NCBI RefSeq assembly: GCF_963921235.1
Contig: NC_086108.1
Coordinates: 26,848,001 to 26,912,000, forward strand
Reading direction: 5' to 3'
Origin: Mobula hypostoma
Taxonomy: Eukaryota
Length of the DNA stretch: 64,000 nt
Part shown: piece after piece, positions 44,901 through 56,910 of the stretch
Layout: each line of letters begins with the position of its first letter
Numbering within the stretch: the first letter of the stretch is position 1
Notes under the pieces: generated by a model
Seen by the model: only the letters and a program-made list of their open reading frames with translations
The model's database searches: none
What the model was told of the DNA's origin: nothing
Position numbers and translations under genes: made by a program

Positions 44901-47768
44901 TGTAGGGAGGCAGTCACCCTCGATTTCCGAAGGCAGGTAACTGTGTGACTATCTGCAGAAGGAAGGGAAACGGGTACAGAGCACCCCTATGGCTATTCCC
45001 TTCAATAATAAGTATATAGTTTTGGATACTGTTGAGGGGGACAAGCTACGAGAGGGGAGCCGCAACACTGTGGCTCAGAAGAGAAGAAAAGTGAAGAGGA
45101 CTGCAGTAGCAATAGGAAATTAGAGGAATAGAGATGAGATTCTGTGGACCTGATAGAGACATCCAGATGGTATGTTGCCTCCCTGATGCCAGGGTCAGGG
45201 ATGTCTCTGATCAAGTCCACGTCATTTAAAGTGTGAGGGTGAGCATCCAGAAGTCTTGGTACATATTGGCAACAATGACAGGTATGAAAAGCGAAGAGGT
45301 TCTGAAAAGAGATTTTAAGAAAGGCATGGAGGTTCTGAAGAGAGATTTTAAGAAAGGCATGGAGGTTCTGAAGAGAGATTTTAGGAAGCAAGGTAGAAAG
45401 CTGAAAAGCAGGACTGCCAGGGTGGCAATTTCTGATTTGCTGCCTGTACCATATGCCAGTGAGGGTAAGAATAGAAGCATTTGGCAGATAAATGTGTGGC
45501 TGAGGAACTAGTGCAGGGGGCAAGGATTCATTGGGATCACTTCTGCGGAAGTTAAGACTTGAACAAAAGGGACAGGTTATACCTGAACCCTAGGGGGGGC
45601 CAGTATTCTTGAAGACAGTTTTGTGAGAGCTGATCAAGAGGATTCAGACTAATTTGGCAGGGGGATGGGAAAAGAAGTGATAGGGCTGAGGATGAAGCAG
45701 TTTATTTACAAACAGAGGCAGGGTATAGTGAGGCTGCTAGCAGGGGAAGGTTGATGATAAGGCAAAATTGCAGTCAGTAAGATGAGTGGCAACATAAAAG
45801 GGAGACAAAATTGATAGAGGTGATGAAAACAGGACTGAAGGTGCCTTATATGAATGCATGCAGTATACGGAATAAGGTAGATGATCGTGGAGCACAGTTA
45901 GAGATTGGCAGGAATAATGTTGTGGATATCACTGAGTTGTGGCTGAGGGAAGATTATATGTGGCAGTTTAACATCCAAAGATACAAATTGTATCGAAAGG
46001 ACAGGCACATAGGCAAAGGGGGTGGGGTGACTCTGATGGTAAAAAGTGAAATCAAATCCTTTGATAGGGATAGCATAGGATCAGAAGACATAGAATGCTT
46101 GGGAGTAGAGTTAAAAAACTGCAAGCGTAAAAAAGACCTTGATGGCATTTATATACAAGTCTCTGAATAGCATCAAAGATATGGTATACAAATTACAACA
46201 GGAGGTAGAAAATGCATGTCAAAAGTGTAATGTTATGATAGTCATGGGGGATTTCAATATGCAGGTAGATTGGGAAAAGCATGTTAGTTCTGGATCCCAA
46301 GAGGGAGAGTTTTAAGAATGCCTACAAGATGTTTTTTTTGGAGTATTTCATGGTTGAGCCCACAAGGGAAACAGCTATTTTGGATTGAGTATTGTACAGT
46401 GAAGCGGATTTGATTAGGGAGCATAAGGTGAAGGAACCCTTTAGGGACCAGTGGTCATAATATAATAGAATTCACCCTGCAATTTGAGAGGGAGAAGCTA
46501 AAGTCAGATTTAGCAGTACTGTATTACAGAGGAATAAAGTGGGCTACAGAGCTGGCCAAAGTTGATTGGAAGAGGACGCGAGCAGGGCTGAAGGCAGAGT
46601 AGCAATGGATGGAATTTCTGGGAGCTATTTGGAAGTCACAGGATAGGTACATTCCAAAGAAGTATTCTAAAGGCTGGATGATGCAACTATGGTTGACAAG
46701 GGAAGTCAATGCCAACATAAAAGCCAGAAAGAGGGCATATAATGGAGCTAAAATTACTGGGGATTGGGAAGCTTTAAAAAACTAATAGAAGGCAGCTAAG
46801 TAAGTCATATTGAGAGAAAAGGTGAAATACAAAGGTAAGATAGCAAATACTATGAAAAAGTATACCAAAAGTTTCTTCAGATATATAAAGAGTAAATGAG
46901 AGGTGAAAGTAGACATCAGACCACTGAAAAATTATGTTGTGGAGGTAACAATGGGGGACAAAAAAATGGTGGATGAACTGAATAAATATTTTGTATCAGT
47001 CTTCATGGTGAAAGGCACTAGCAGTATGCCAGATTTTTGAGAGTGTCAGGGTAGGATTACGTGAAGAATCCGAGGTACAAAGGGACTTGCGAGTCCTCAT
47101 GCAGGATTCCCCAAAGGTTCATTTGCAAGTTGAGTCGGTAGTGAGGAAGGCAAATGCAGTGTTAGCATTCAGTTCTAAAGGACTAAAATATAAAGCCAAT
47201 GATGTAATGTTGGGGCTTTATAAGGCACTGGTAAGGCCTTACTTGGAGTATTGTGAACCGTTTTCGACCCTTTATCTAAGAAGGATGCGCTGACATCGGG
47301 GAGGGTTCAATGGCATTCACAAGAATGATTCCGGGAATGAAAGGGTTACCATACGAGGACTGACTGATGGCTTTGGACCTGAGCTCACAGGAATTCAGAA
47401 GAATGAGGGACAATCTCAATGAAATTTTGAAATATTGAATGTTGAAAAGCTTCAATAGACTCGATGTGGAGATGATGTTTCCTATGAAGGGGGAAGTCTA
47501 GGACCAGAGTGCACAGCCTCAGGATACAGGGGCGTCCCTTTAGAATGGAGATGAGGAGGAACTTCTTCAGCCAGAGAGTTGTGAAAGTAAAATTCCTTGC
47601 CACAGATGGGTGTGAAGGCCAAGTTTGTGTATATTTAGTCAGGGCATGAAGTGTTACAGGGAAAAGAAAGGAGATCGGAGCTGAAAAGGAAATTGATCAG
47701 TCGTGATTAAATGGAGAAGCAGACTCAAAGGGCCTAATGGTCTAATTCTGCTCCTATATCTTATGCTC
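44900..47768 (+). mobile_element. Old CR1 LINE (ORF1 esterase, endonuclease, C-terminus; RT deleted near 47050)
   Basis: ORF1 EVLKRDF...KLKSRTARVAISDLLPVP..INVWL; EN GLKVPYMNACSIRNK..DITELWL...RKDRHIGKGGGV; C-terminus LYKALVRPYLEYC; 3' UTR CTGCTCCTATATCTTATG. Confidence 0.85.
45296..45383 (+). repeat. 33-bp tandem repeat (~2.7 copies, EVLKRDFKKGM) inside CR1 ORF1
   Basis: GAGGTTCTGAA(A/G)AGAGATTTTAAGAAAGGCATG units start at 45296, 45329 and 45362. Confidence 0.9.
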
Positions 47769-49107
47769 TCAATATCTTTGGTGCCATACCAAGTCTCTTC
47801 AAATTCCTATTGAAATAAAGCTGCTGTCTATAATTGCATCAATACGTTGGGTCCAGGATAGATTGTCAGAGATGTTGACGCCTCGGAACTTGAAACTGCT
47901 CACCATTTCCACTTTTGATCTCTCAATGAGGACTGGTGTATGTTCCCTTCCTGAAGATCAAAAAATCGCTGCTTCTTAACCTGAAAGTTAATGTACAGCT
48001 CCTTCCCTCTCCTGTTAGTAGTACGATACAGTGGTTGCTGCAGCTGTGAACATTGCTCCAGCAGAACAATCTGATACAGGAATAGGTAGGGGTGGTCTGT
48101 AGTAGGGGAGCTCTCTGTATTTGGAAACCTTGGAAATATAGTGGTTATATTACTGTGCAGATAATCCATGAGCCTGGAATAATGATGCATGCAGTAAAGT
48201 TCAAATCCCACTGTGCCAGAAGGGGAATTTACATTCAGTTAATTAGAAATAAATGGAATAAAAATGAGTGTCAGTAATGATGACTGTGAAACTATTGGCT
48301 TATTATAAAATCCCCTAAGTTTTATCCAGGAAGGAGTTCTGCTGTCCTTGGCCAATCTACAATTCCAGAGCCATAAGAAAATGTTTGGCTCCTAACCAAC
48401 AGGAGCTGGCAGTTCCGTGTCGAACAGCTGGCAGGTGTCCACTGTATCAGCAGGTATTTTCAGAGTTTTGATTCAGCTTCTCAGGTTCTACCAGCCATTG
48501 AACCTCAGAGTGATTTCCACCAATGAAGATATTTTGAACAGTTACGAATACAATCACCTGGGTTGTACACTGCTTCCACTCTGGTTTTTCTCTCTCTGTC
48601 GATGCTGCCTTAACTGTTGAGAATGTCTTATTGGACTCCATATGGAGTCTAGCAGTGAGCACAAACTTTCAGGATTCTACTGCACTACTGGTGGGAAAAA
48701 CCTCCTCAGTACTCGCACCATTTAAAACCTGGCACAGGAACACCAGCCCCATTCATTTGAAAAGAGTGGAAAGAGTGTGAGAGAGAAGGCAAAATATAAC
48801 TAAATTACACTTTTGATTTATTATGCGTTTGTACTTACTTCAGTGACTTAGTTATTTGGAAGTGTTTCCAAACAATTTTTAAATAACTTATTTTAAATAT
48901 GCCTGATTTTTAGTACCTTTTGAGTACTCTGAACATCAGAGAAGTTCAGAAATATTCAAAGCTCATGACAATTTTAAAGCTGGTGAAGCTAAAGGAATGG
49001 ACAATAGAGACCATCAAAGTTCTCTGTCAGTCAGATTGGAGGCTAGGTTTGATCTGGTACACTCATGTAATGTATTACCTCATACAAGATCCTAGTTGAC
49101 CTGGCAG

Positions 49108-50456
49108 CAGTGGTGTATCTAAGGTATGGCAGGTATGGCACGTGCCCCGGGTGGGGGGCACTGAGCAGTTTCTATTAAAGTCAGACAAGCCATCCTCGGA
49201 TAGTAATAAAATAATTTTCTTCAGATGCATGATCTGTCTTTGATTATCATGGGTGAGAAGCACTAGGATGGCCTTATTTCAGAACATTGTGTAAGAAGAC
49301 CATGAAACATTTCTCCACGAAGAAGAAGGAAAGTGGAGCTGAAGGACAGAAGAGATGAAAGTTGGAGGCGGAGGAAGCCAGGAAGTCGAGTAAGTTCTTT
49401 ATGCCCTTCTTTGAAAGCCTGGAACAAGTAGTTCGGCACGTTCCATGAAGTCGCCTGCACCTGCTACAAGTTTGTTAGAATCCGAAGGTGGATCAGGTAC
49501 AAATGCGTCACAAGCCAAGGAGGTAGTCAAGTCAGATAAATCCGAGTATGATGAGATTAACAGTGAGGCTGCCACAGAGAACGTGGACATGACAGGAGGG
49601 GTAGACGATGGTGGTGGTGGTGATGTTGAGTTTATTGATGAGATTTTACCTGACTAGATTGAAAGAAGTTGAAAGACGTCAGAGACAAAAGAAACGAATG
49701 GCTGATGAGAACTCGAGAGACGCTGGATTACAGCTAAGGAGGAAATGGAAAGAGTGATGAAGGGAACACTCGACCGTCTTCACAGAGAAATGGACGAAAG
49801 GTTTGCTCGTTTGCACGACACTGACGCCAAGTTTGGGTTCCTTCTCGATGTCGAGGGACTGTGTTACGGCACCAACAGTAACTACCTAAAGAAGAAGTGC
49901 AAAAATTTGGGCGAATTGTACAGCTCTGATGTTTATGGGCAGCTGCTATATGAAGAAATTTTGGATTGCAGAATGTTGCTATCCAGGTGGGTCAAGGTGA
50001 AAATATCAAGACCTGAAGAGCTTCTTGAACTTATTGTTCAGTATGGAGATGAGAATGTCTTCCCCAATCTTCGTATTGCTATTCAGATAATCCTAACCAT
50101 TGCTGTTTCCATCGCCAGCTGTGAGAGATCATTCAGCAAGTTAAAACTAGAACTTTCATATTTGAGAGCCTCCATGGGTCAAGGCAGACTCTGTGATCTT
50201 GCTCTGCTGAGTGTAGAAAGAGAAGAAACTGACTTTGATCACATCATAGACCAATTTGCATCAGTGAAAACAAGGAAGATGCAGTTATAATTTTCATGTA
50301 GTGCCATAATTTGTTAATTAAAAGATTAACGAGCTTGACTTGTATTTTTGAGCTGATATTATGGTAAAGTTATCTAAAAGATGGGTGTCAGATGTTTGGA
50401 CAGGGGTGCAATTTCAGTGTTTGCCATAGGCGCTATTTTCCATAGATACCCCTCTG
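49108..50456 (+). mobile_element. Internally deleted hAT-superfamily DNA transposon
   Basis: Perfect 8-bp TSD CCTGGCAG (49100-49107, 50457-50464). TIRs CAGTGGTGTATCTA and TAGATACCCCTCTG. Contains a transposase C-terminal ORF. Confidence 0.93.
49745..50290 (+). pseudogene. hAT transposase C-terminal fragment (dimerisation domain, ZMYM1/Tip100-like)
   Basis: FPNLRIAIQIILTIAVSIASCERSFSKLKL..SYLRASMGQGRLCDLALLSVERE. The upstream catalytic core is missing. Confidence 0.88.
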
Positions 50457-50671
50457 CCTGGCAGCTGACACTGAGCTACTGTGGGTCACCTGAAATGGCA
50501 GGATCGTATTTGAAGATAACCTGAAAACCCCTTGGCCCAGTGCGCACATTAGTCTGCCATCAAACCACGGGACAAGAATACAGAATGATGTGTGCACTGG
50601 GCCGAGGAGAGCCAATTGTTAATGGGATCACAGAATTCTTCAGGGAAAGAAAGGCCAGGCAATAAAGCACA

Positions 50672-50802
50672 AATAAGAGAGACACAAGATATTGTAAATG
50701 CTGGAATCCAGAGTGAAAAGTAAACTTCTGGAGGGTATCAGCAGATCAGGCAGCATTTGAGGACAGTTGACAGTTTGGGTCAAGACCCTTCACCTGGACA
50801 GG
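50672..50802 (-). mobile_element. Isolated Penelope 3' terminus with a degenerate hammerhead motif
   Basis: Minus strand reads GTCCAGGTGAAGGGTCTTGACCCAAACTGTCAACTG...ATGCTGCCTGATCTGCTGA, homologous to 33684-33815. Confidence 0.7.
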
Positions 50803-51239
50803 GATACAAATGATATGATATACAGAAGGCATGCTGAGAACTGAAGTACAATCAATAGAATATTATAATATGGAACAATGTGCATGCTAAATAGTGGGAA
50901 ATCCCATGCTGCTAAAATGGCTAAACATCATAACCAACTGATCTGATCAGAGCTCTGTTCTGCAACTTTGAAGATGTAAATTATACTAAGCAATGAATCC
51001 ACTGTTGGGAAGAGGGCCAGACCCTAGCCTCAATGATGATGGCTGCTAGTCAAATAGTGCAAAATTACAGCGTCACTGCATTATTGACCATTTACAGTGA
51101 AAGGCACTGAATAGATAATATGTTGGCTCCCATCACAAAGAATTCAGTAATTAAGGAGATTAGATTGTCTCCTCGGGCTGACAAGAAATGGCTAAGGGGT
51201 AAGGTAAGGTTCTGGCCAAAGATTCCAGAAGTGATGCAA

Positions 51240-51625
51240 AGAGAACACAAGAGAACAATAGGAAGAAGAGTAGTTCAGTCACCCTCTGGTGCCTGCCCCT
51301 TCATTCAATATGATGATGAATTATCTATGCTGGCCCCAGCTCTCTACCAGTTTCCCATGGCCTCAATCCACCAATTCTCCAAAACTGTTTCAATCGTCAC
51401 TCTATATATTTCTAATGAGCTACTCCCACAATTCTACGGATAAGAGAAAGTTTGGCATAGCTTGATTTTAACTGATTGGCCTTTTATCTTGAAAATATGT
51501 CCTCTCTTTCAGGGCTATCCCACTTGTGTAAGCACCTAAACAACTCCTTGTAAACACACTTAGGATCTTGCATATTTCAAAAAGTTATATGTTTTACTCT
51601 TTCATTTTTTAAACTCAAAGAATAT
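51240..51625 (-). mobile_element. Old CR1 3'-end fragment
   Basis: Tail-like GAACACAAGAGAACAATAGGAAG and degraded CR1 3' UTR and C-terminal sequence. Confidence 0.5.
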
Positions 51626-51699
51626 GGAGGGAAGCTTAAGGAAGTCAATACTTCAGATGGATTTGTTAGAGATCAGAATCAGGTTTATCATCCTTGACA

Positions 51700-54045
51700 G
51701 GAGCCATGACCAGGTGACATAAGTAACAGAAGGTTTGGCCCCATGCATTTTACGCTTGCTTGGACCAACAGAAGATGGAGGCACCTTCACAATCCTCACA
51801 GACCCTGATGAACCTGTGATTTCAGTCTCTGAGGTAAAAGTGAGAGCATCCTTCAGGAGGGTGAACGCACAAAAATCATTTGGCCCAGACAGGGTACCTA
51901 CCTGAGTACAGAAGACCTGTGCTAATCAACTGGCCAGAGTGTTTACTGACATTCTTATCTTAGCAGACTGAGATAGCCATATTCTTCAAACAGGCTTCAA
52001 TCACAGCAATGCCCAAAAGGAACGTGGGCAACTCCTGCCTAAGGAGTGACTTGGATCCACTCCAATATGGCAACCCTCACAACATTTCCGAGGATCTCAC
52101 CTGGTCCCTGAACTCCTCCATCCTGATCAAAAAGGCGCAATAGTGCCTTTATTTCCTCTGGAGCATTAAGAAAGCTCACCTCTATCCCAGGATACTGATG
52201 GACTTTTACCGCTGTACCATTGAGAGCATACTCACCAACTGCATCTCAGTGTGGTATGGCAATTGTCCCGTATCGGACCGCAAAGCACTCCAGCGAGTGG
52301 TGAAGACTGCCCAGTGGATTATCGGCACCCAATTGCCCACCATTCAGAACATCTACCATAAACGCTGCCTGGGCAGGGCGAAAAGCATTATCAAGGATGC
52401 ATCTCAACCTAACCATGGACATTTTACTCTCCTCCCATTCGGTAGGCACTACAGGAGCCTCCGCTCCCGCACCAGCAAGCACAGGAAGAGCTTCTTTCCT
52501 GAGGCTGTGACACTGCTGAACCTCACATCACAATGTTAAGCAGTATTACATCCGTATTGTACTGTCTCAGTACTTTTATATTTGTGTGCTGTAGCTCTTT
52601 TTTTTATTCACAGTTATTTTGTAAATAACACTATGCTTTGCATTTCTGGTCAGATGCTAAATGCATTTCTTTGGCTTTGTATCTGTACTTGGCACAATGA
52701 CAATATAGTTGGAACTAATCTAATCTAACAGGTCAACAGCAGATGCCATCTCATCAGCTCTTCACTCAGCACTGGAACATCTGGACAGTGACAACAGCTC
52801 AGCCTTTAACACTATCATCTATGCAAAACTGATCAATAAATTCTAAGTTCTAGGCTTCAATGCCTTGTATAGCTGGATTCTTAATTTCCTCACTTGTAGA
52901 CCCCAGTGAGTTCAGATTGGCAACAACATCTCCTCCATAATCACCATCAGTACAGGTGCACTATAAGGCTGTGTGCTTAGCCCCCTGCTCTACTCACCTT
53001 ATACTTATGCCTGTGAGGCTAAGTACAGCTCCAATGTCATATTCAAGTTTGCTGACGACACCACTGTTTGTTGGCCAAATCAAAGGTGGTGACAAATCAT
53101 CATACAGGAGGAAGATTGAAAATCTGTTTGAAAAGTGTAACAACAGTAAAGTTGTTCAATGTCAGCAAACCCGAAGAGCTGATTATTGACTATAGGTGAA
53201 AGAAATTGGGGGTCCATGAACCAGTGCTCATTAGAGTATCGGAAGTGAAGAAACACAGTAAATTAAATTGCTGGGCATTATCGTTTCAAAGAATCAGTCC
53301 TGGGACCAGCACATAAATGCCACTTCAACGAAAGCACAGCAGCACCTCTCATTTTTCAGAAGTTTGCACAGATTTGGCGTGTCATCTAAATCTCCGACAA
53401 ACTTTTATAGATGCACAGTGGAGATAAACTTGATGAATTGCATCACAGCAGGTCTGGAAGCACCAGTGCCCAAGAATGGAAGATGCTACAAGAAGTGGTG
53501 GATACAACCAAGTCCATCACAGGAAAAGTCTTCCCCACCACTGAACGCACCTACAAAGAGTGCTGCCACAAGGAAGCAACATCCATCATCAAGGATTCCC
53601 AGCATCCTGGTCATGCTCTCTTCTCAAAGCTACCAGGAAGAGGGTACTGGAGCCTTAGGTATTATACCACCAAGTTCAGGAACAGTTATTACTCTTCTAC
53701 CATCGGGCTCCTAAACCAGCTTGGACAACTACACTCACCACAACCACATCATTGAACACTATCTTTGGACTCACTCAATAGGACTCTACAACTCCTGTTC
53801 TCAGTTTTATTTATTTACTTGTTTGTTTGTTTGTTTGTTTGCTTATTTATTTATTACGTTTCTTTTTGTATTTGCATCGTTTGCTGGTTTTTGTATCTGT
53901 GTAGTTTTTCATTGATTCTATTGTATTTCTTTGTTCTACTGTGAACACTTGCAAGGAAATGTATTTCAGGGTAGTATTTGGTGACATATACATTCTTTGT
54001 TAGTAAATTTACTTTGGACTTTGAACTTCTGATTTGGACTTTGAT
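51700..54045 (+). mobile_element. Rex1/Babar LINE (RT and C-terminus) with a younger Rex1 nested in it
   Basis: AAGACCTGTGCTAATCAACTGGC (KTCANQLA); GGCTGTGTGCTTAGCCCCCTGCTCTACTCA (GCVLSPLLYS); AAGTTTGCTGACGACACC (KFADDT); (ACTTTG)-type tail. Confidence 0.85.
52082..52727 (+). mobile_element. Young Rex1/Babar 3' fragment
   Basis: ORF 52198..52539 FYRCTIESILTNCISVWYGNC..DRKALQRVVKTAQ...SFFPEAVTLLN, followed by a (CTAAT)n tail. Confidence 0.9.
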
Positions 54046-54229
54046 GATCTTAAACCCAAGAGATTCTGCGGATTCGGCAGATTGAATTGAATTGACTTTA
54101 TTTCTTACATCCTTTACATACATAAGTAGAAATCTTTACATTACATCTCCATCTAAATGTGCAATGTGCAATCATAGTAATTTATAATAAATAGAATAGT
54201 TAATGTAATATGGAGTACACTCAAATCAG

Positions 54230-55000
54230 GATGAAGTGAGAAGCTGGGAGGCGATAAGTGGAAGAGGTAAAGTGTTGTAGACAAAAGAATCTGATAGGAG
54301 AGGACAGTGGATCATGGGAGGGTGGAAGAATGAGGGACACCAGGGGGAGGTGATGGGCAGGTAGGAGAAAAGTAGATGTAAGATGACAGTCAGAATGAGG
54401 AACAGAAAAAAGAAGGAACTCGGAGGGTGAGGAACTACTAGAAGTTGGAGAAATCGTTCACTCCAGCAGGTTGGAGGCTACTCAGATGGAATATGAGGTT
54501 TTACTCCTTAAACCTGAGAGTGGCTTCATTGTGCAGTAAATGAAGCCAGGAATTAAAATGTACTGCCACTGGGAAATCTTGCCTTCCGTGGCAGTCAGGG
54601 TAAAGGTGCTGGTCGAAGGAGTCCCCCAAACTATGCCCAGTCTCACTGATGTAGAGGAGGCCATAGCAGGCGCACTGGATACAGTAGAGGACCCTGACAG
54701 GATTGTAGCTGAAGTGTCACTATGGCTGGAAGGGTTATTTGGAACCATGCGTAGTGGTGAGGAAGGTGGTATAGGGGCAGTTGTAGCATTTCTCCCACTT
54801 GTAAGAGTAAGTGCAGGAGTGAGATCAGTGGTGAGGATAAGAGAGAATAAGAGAGTCACAGAGAGACTAAAAGCAGTGGAAAGCTAGGAGGGAAAGAAGT
54901 GTTTAGTGGTAGGATCCACTTGAAGGTGGCGGAAATTACAGAGAATGATGTACTGGATGTGGAGGATTGTGGGGTTGTAGATAAGGACAAGAAGAACTGA
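54230..55000 (-). mobile_element. Old Penelope-like fragment (GIY-YIG region and UTR)
   Basis: Colinear with 11480-12245 and with the reverse complement of 33021-33650. Confidence 0.75.
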
Positions 55001-55693
55001 TTAAGGAAGGTTACTTTCCCTTAATCTGTTCACACATACACCACTGATGCCTTTAGAGAGCAGTGCATTGGAAGGCAAGATGGACTAGAGGAAACGTCTG
55101 CCAGAACACTGATGGCAGCAGGCAAGGAATTGACTTTTTTCTTCACTGCTGAGGGCAACATTATGCCAACATTTAAGTGATATTGGTCTGGTTTAACACT
55201 CCATGGGGTTCATTTGAAAGCAGAGCTTCTCAAGGTATGTGTGCTGCATCACATTCATTCCATTTCCAATCACTACAAGGTACCACATGAATAGAATTTG
55301 AAATTCATCTTATCTAATTCAATGAAGTGTGATTCATTAATCTGTTTGTAGCACCTCAGGGTTAAAACTCCAACACATTTCTTCAATCATGATTAAAAAA
55401 TTGCATGAATACATAGAAATACAGTCATTGACATCTAATTTGTTTCTCCAGGCTTTCTAAGACTCCTTTGACCAAATTGTGGCAGAGGACGGAGAGGGTG
55501 CCCATTAAAAACTCTTCCCTCCATATTTCCACAAGTTATCAAAGGTTGTCAATCTGGCATCTAAGCCGGAAAGCCAGGTGTTATTATTTCTTTCCAAGAT
55601 TTGAACCAGAATCAGATTTAATATGTCTTGAAATTTGTTAACTTTACAGCAGCAGTGCAATGAATATAAATATCAAGTTGGAATACATAAGAA

Positions 55694-56005
55694 TATTTAT
55701 TTATTTGTTTGTTTGTTTAATTATTTATTGAGATACAATGTAGAATAGGCCCTTCCGGACCTGCGAGCCAAGCCACCCAGCAATCCCCCAATTTAATCTG
55801 AGTTTATTCACGGGACAAATTATAATCACCAATTAACCTACCAACTGGCACATCTTTGGACTGTGGGAGGAAACCAGAGCACTGGGAGTAAACCCATGCA
55901 TTCATTGGGAGAATGTAAAACCTCCTTACAGGCAGCAGCAGGAATTGAACCCGGGTCACCTGTTCTGTAAAGTATTGTGCTTATCACGATACTACCACGG
56001 CACCC
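55694..56005 (-). mobile_element. V-SINE
   Basis: B box GGTTCAATTCC on minus (55941-55951), V domain (+ strand CTTTGGACTGTGGGAGGAAACCAGAGCAC), and a (TAAA)n tail. Confidence 0.85.
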
Positions 56006-56843
56006 TGCAGCAACACGTCTGCTATGATTATTCTCAATTTTGGTGCCCCAGAAGGATGCCTCCTCAGCCCCCAACTCTGTAGAATGGTACCCTAGTATGA
56101 TAGAGGGACTCTGAACCGCACAATCTATCTCGTTACAATATTGCATAATATCGTCTACTTGCCCTGCACCTTCTCTGTGGATGCTGCACTTTATTCTGCA
56201 TTCTGTTATTGTTTTACCTTGTACTACCTTATTGTATTTTGTAAGAATCTGATCTGTGTGAACAGAATGCAAGACAAGCTTTCACAGTACCTTGCTGAAT
56301 GTGACAATAACAGTAAACCAAATCAAAGTGCACTGTGAGACAAGGCAAGGGCAAACCAAATCAGAGTGCATTAAGGGAAGGTAAAGTACCCATGTAATAG
56401 CAAACTAGTTACAAACACTCAGTGAAGGAGGTCTAGATTGTGTATGGCTTTGCATGGCACATTGATGCTGTGACTGAATACTGACAGCAGATTCTTCACT
56501 TAAATGATTTTAATTGAATATACAAGCAGCAAAATAGACAAATAACTTTATGGATTCTATGTGGTACAGCATAACATATTATTTGTGGATGCTCTCTGTA
56601 TAGTTCATGTTACCGTTCTACAGCTATACATGAGTTTTGGCTTGTTATGTTCGAGTCCCATGTCAGAGATCTGAGCACAAAATCTCAGTTTACCCTTTGT
56701 GAAGTGTGAGTAGGTGGGTAGACTGGGTGTGGAGAGAGGAGCCTGAAGTAGTATCAGGATAAAGAAGATGAGGGGAAAAAGCATGGGTTGGAACCTGTGT
56801 TAATGTCCATATGAGCACGAACTGTCAGACCACACGTGTGCAT

Positions 56844-56844
<1 letters not shown>

Positions 56845-56899
<55 letters not shown>

Positions 56900-56910
56900 C
56901 ACATGTGCGC
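56845..56910. repeat. (TG)n microsatellite running into (CG)n
   Basis: Seen directly in the sequence. Confidence 0.97.
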
